A DNA stretch of 64,000 nt, from NCBI RefSeq assembly GCF_039654945.1, contig NW_027361806.1, forward strand, positions 8,866,001 to 8,930,000, read 5' to 3'. Below, in pieces: positions 61,501 through 64,000 of this stretch (position 1 is the stretch's first letter; every line of letters begins with the position of its first letter). The notes beneath the pieces were generated by a model. That model was not told the origin of the DNA and did no database searches. It worked only from the letters and a program-made list of their open reading frames with translations. The translations under genes and the position numbers were made by a program. The stretch comes from Dendrobates tinctorius. Taxonomy: Eukaryota.

Positions 61501-63659
61501 GAAACGGTCCAGGATGTTCTCGCGCGATCAGCGATAACCAACGGGGGAGCGGTCGGAGATAAGTATCAGACATAGCGATATCGCTTAGTATGACAGGCCC
61601 TTAAGAACAGGCAGTTAGTTACTCCATACCTATCTGTTGTGCCCTTCCCCGATTTCTAGGGCAGCACGATGGCTCAGTGGTTAGCACTGCAGCCTTGCAG
61701 CGATGGAGTCCTGGGTTCGAATTCCACCAAGGACAACATCTGCAAGGAATCGTAGAGTTGGAAGGGACCTCCTGGGCCATCTGGTCCAACCCCCTGCTCA
61801 AAGCAGGATTCGCTAAATCATCCCAGTCAGATGTCTGTCCAGCCTGTTTGAAGACTTCCATTGAAGGAGAACTCACCACTTCTCATGGCAGCCTGTTCCA
61901 CTCATTGATCACTCTAACTGTCAAAAAGTTTTTTCTAATATCTAATCTGTGTCTCCTCCCATTCAGTTTCATCCCATTGCTTCTAGTCTTTCCTTGTGCA
62001 AATGAGAATAAAGTTGATCCTTCTACAATGTGACAGCCCTTTAGATATTTGTAGACAGCTATTAAGTCTCCTCTCAGTCTTCTCTTTTGCAAACTAAACA
62101 TTCCCAAATCCTGCAACCTTTCCTCATAAGACAGGGTTTGCAGACCGGTCACCATTCTGGTCGCTCTTTTCTGAACTTGCTCCAGTTTGTTGATGTCATT
62201 TTTAAAATGTGGTGCCCAAAACTGGACACAATATTCCAGATGAGGTCTGACCAAAGAGGAGTAGAGGGAAATAATGACTTCACATGATCTAGACTGTATG
62301 CTTCTGTTAATACATCCTAGAATTGCATTTGCCTTTTTTGCTGCTGCATCACACTGTTGACTCATATTCAGTCTGTGATCTATTAGTATACCCAAGTCTT
62401 TTTCACATGTGCTGTCACTTAGCCCTATTCCTCCCATTCTATATATGCTTTTTTCATTTTTATTGCCCAGATGTAGTACTTTGCATTTCTCCCTGTTAAA
62501 AACCATTCTGTTAGTTGCTGCCCACTTCTCCAGTTTATTTAAATCTTTTTGAATCCTCTCTCTCTCTTCTCTAGTATTAGCTATCCCTCCTAGCTTTGTG
62601 TCATCAGCAAATTTAATCAGTTTACCCTCAATTCCTTCATCTAAATCGTTGATAAAGATTATGTTTATGTTCTCCCCGTGTTTGCGTGGGTTTCCTCCGG
62701 GTACTCCGGTTTCCTCCCACATTCCAAAGACATACTGATAGGGAATTTAGATTGTGAGCCCCATTGGAGACAGTGATGATAATGTGAGCAAACTGTAAAG
62801 CGCTGCGGAATATGTTAGCACTATATAAAAATAAATATTATTATTATTAAGCTGTCAGAGTGCGCCTGCCTGCGACTTCAGCGAATGTCACATTGACAGA
62901 GGCTTTTCATCTGCTCTGTTGACATTGTGTGACTGCTGATGTCATGCTGATAAGCAGCAGGGAGCTGGCTGTCAAACTGTGGGGTGCTGGCTGTCAATCA
63001 GCATTATGCTGGTTGTCAATCAGCATGGTGCCAGAAGCCAAGTCCTGGGGACACAGCAGCCCAGAAGAAGAGCTGCTCTGTTGACGTGGAGGAGCTGAAT
63101 CGCAGATAGGAGAAGTGGGTGACCATTCTGAGCCAACCCCGGGTAGAAAAAAAATAAATAAAAAATTAAAATGGTCCTTAACAACCCCTTTAAGATTTTG
63201 TGCCTTCTTGACATAACACCCCCTTTTTATTCTGGAAAACGGTAGTGGCTGAGATCAAAATTTAACCTGTAGAAATCGCATGCTTTCTTATGGAAATGAG
63301 AGACTTGATTTCAGAACAGATTCATTCTATTGCTCTGTTATCAGCCACTTCAGATTTTTTTTTTTTTATATCTCTTTCCCTTTGTTTTCTAGGTCAGGAA
63401 GAAACTTCAAACCAAACAGATCTCAATGGAGAAATCTGAAAAAGCCAAACAACTGCGAGCTCTGCGGAAGTATGGGAAGAAGGTGTGTGCCCGGGTGTCT
63501 GGCTGTCATTGAGGCTTTGGTGTCCGTGCACACATGTCTGACATTCTGCTGCTCATACTCTTATTTGCTGCTATCATCTGTAGGTGCAAGTTGAAGTCTT
63601 ACAAAAGAGACAGAAGGAGAAATCCAACATGATGCATCAGATCAAAAAGTATCAGAAAG
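58504..63659 (+). CDS. EBNA1BP2: EBNA1-binding protein 2 (rRNA-processing protein EBP2), first six coding exons; continues beyond the window
   Basis: Spliced product MLEHDEDSASDPDSDQDPSELTDKE|LQEAFIQGKLKPGLNIVLDEKKKPPNDV|NGLKQSLKDLKKNLSWVERLDVT...DDFKREMSF|YRQAQAAVLFALPRLQQLKVSTKRPEDYFAEMAKTDQHMQK|VRKKLQTKQISMEKSEKAKQLRALRKYGKK|VQVEVLQKRQKEKSNMMHQIKKYQK carries the Ebp2 family motifs. Confidence 0.96.
58802..58885 (+). CDS. EBNA1BP2: EBNA1BP2 coding exon 2
   Basis: LQEAFIQGKLKPGLNIVLDEKKKPPNDV. Confidence 0.92.
59093..59550 (+). repeat. ~86-bp repeat array, same family as 39757-42800
   Basis: cagagctgcactcactattctgctggtgcagtcactgtg units. Confidence 0.9.
59637..59800 (+). CDS. EBNA1BP2: EBNA1BP2 coding exon 3
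   Basis: NGLKQSLKDLKKNLSWVERLDVT...AEDDFKREMS. Confidence 0.93.
60040..60375 (-). repeat. ~86-bp repeat array in inverted orientation
   Basis: cagcagaatagtgagtgcagctctggggtataatacaggatgtaac units. Confidence 0.9.
60413..60536 (+). CDS. EBNA1BP2: EBNA1BP2 coding exon 4
   Basis: YRQAQAAV...KRPEDYFAEMAKTDQHMQK. Confidence 0.94.
61018..61235 (+). mobile_element. DIRS-like retrotransposon terminal-repeat fragment
   Basis: Starts tttctcctacgcctcattgggggacacagg...gccactaggagg, resembling amphibian DIRS1 termini (recalled, not searched). Confidence 0.5.
61272..61601. mobile_element. Harbinger-type MITE (gcgatatcgc family)
   Basis: TAA-aggtactgtcacac ... tatgacaggccct-TAA. Confidence 0.7.
61659..62850 (+). 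mobile_element. tRNA-derived V-SINE with an L2-type tail, split by a CR1 insertion
   Basis: A box tggctcagtgg, B box ggttcgaattcc; V-domain tgttctccccgtgtttgcgtgggtttcctccgggtactccggtttcctccc; (att)n tail. Confidence 0.8.
61747..62659 (-). mobile_element. 5'-truncated CR1 copy 2
   Basis: Near-identical to the 3' half of 54290-55818 (IFINDLDEGIEGKLIKFADD...). Confidence 0.93.
63393..63482 (+). CDS. EBNA1BP2: EBNA1BP2 coding exon 5
   Basis: VRKKLQTKQISMEKSEKAKQLRALRKYGKK. Confidence 0.94.
63584..63659 (+). CDS. EBNA1BP2: EBNA1BP2 coding exon 6
   Basis: VQVEVLQKRQKEKSNMMHQIKKYQK; donor GTAAAG. Confidence 0.93.
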
Positions 63660-64000
63660 GTAAAGATCAGTGCGGACACAGTATGTGCACGAAGTGTCTG
63701 ATAGATGCGGTCCCGGTGGTGTGACCTCAATGGGGCCCTGAGTCACACAGCAGGGCATTCACGCCACTGTGTCTTTAGAAGTGGAATCACAAGTGCTCAT
63801 CTACTCTGAGGTCTATTACTGTGCTTTGCTCACTCACATTCATAGACTTCTATGGGCTCCATTGACAACCCAAGCTTCCAAAGTAACGCCTGTCTTTTGA
63901 GCAAAGGCAATATAGAATGAGATTGGGGAGAGCATGCTCTGGTTTTGGATCTCCCACTGACGTAAATGGAGAAAGCGCGTTTGCACCACCACCTCTTCCT

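Noticed and set aside
61659-61730. tRNA-like sequence with A and B boxes
   Set aside because: It is the head of a V-SINE, continuing into the V-domain and LINE tail

Overview
Vertebrate genomic DNA, most likely a frog (inferred from the repeat families, not proven). Two host genes lie head-to-head. CFAP57/WDR65 is on the minus strand: 22 coding exons, 48611 to 16322, 3681 nt or about 1226 aa, with GT-AG junctions and consistent phases throughout. The first six coding exons of EBNA1BP2 are on the plus strand from 58504 and the gene runs off the window. They share a short bidirectional promoter at about 57890-58085 containing an RFX X-box and ZNF143/THAP11-type, CRE, ETS and E-box motifs. The introns and flanks are full of minisatellite arrays (20, 27, 32, 35, 40, 41, 45 and 86 bp units) and transposons. 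These include two IR/DR Tc1 (DD34E) copies, an internally deleted DD36E (Incomer-type) element, and a 3.8 kb PIF/Harbinger derivative that keeps a 7-exon MADF gene but only a stub of its transposase. There are also two minisatellite-carrying non-autonomous Helitrons, L2 LINEs (one with a 2A-like motif), two CR1 copies, a V-SINE, a Penelope-like inverted structure with a decayed hammerhead motif, a DIRS-like terminal fragment and many MITEs. The very long ORFs in the supplied track that lie over tandem arrays are artefacts. I see no clearly new biological system; the most notable items are transposon architectures and the dual-programme promoter.
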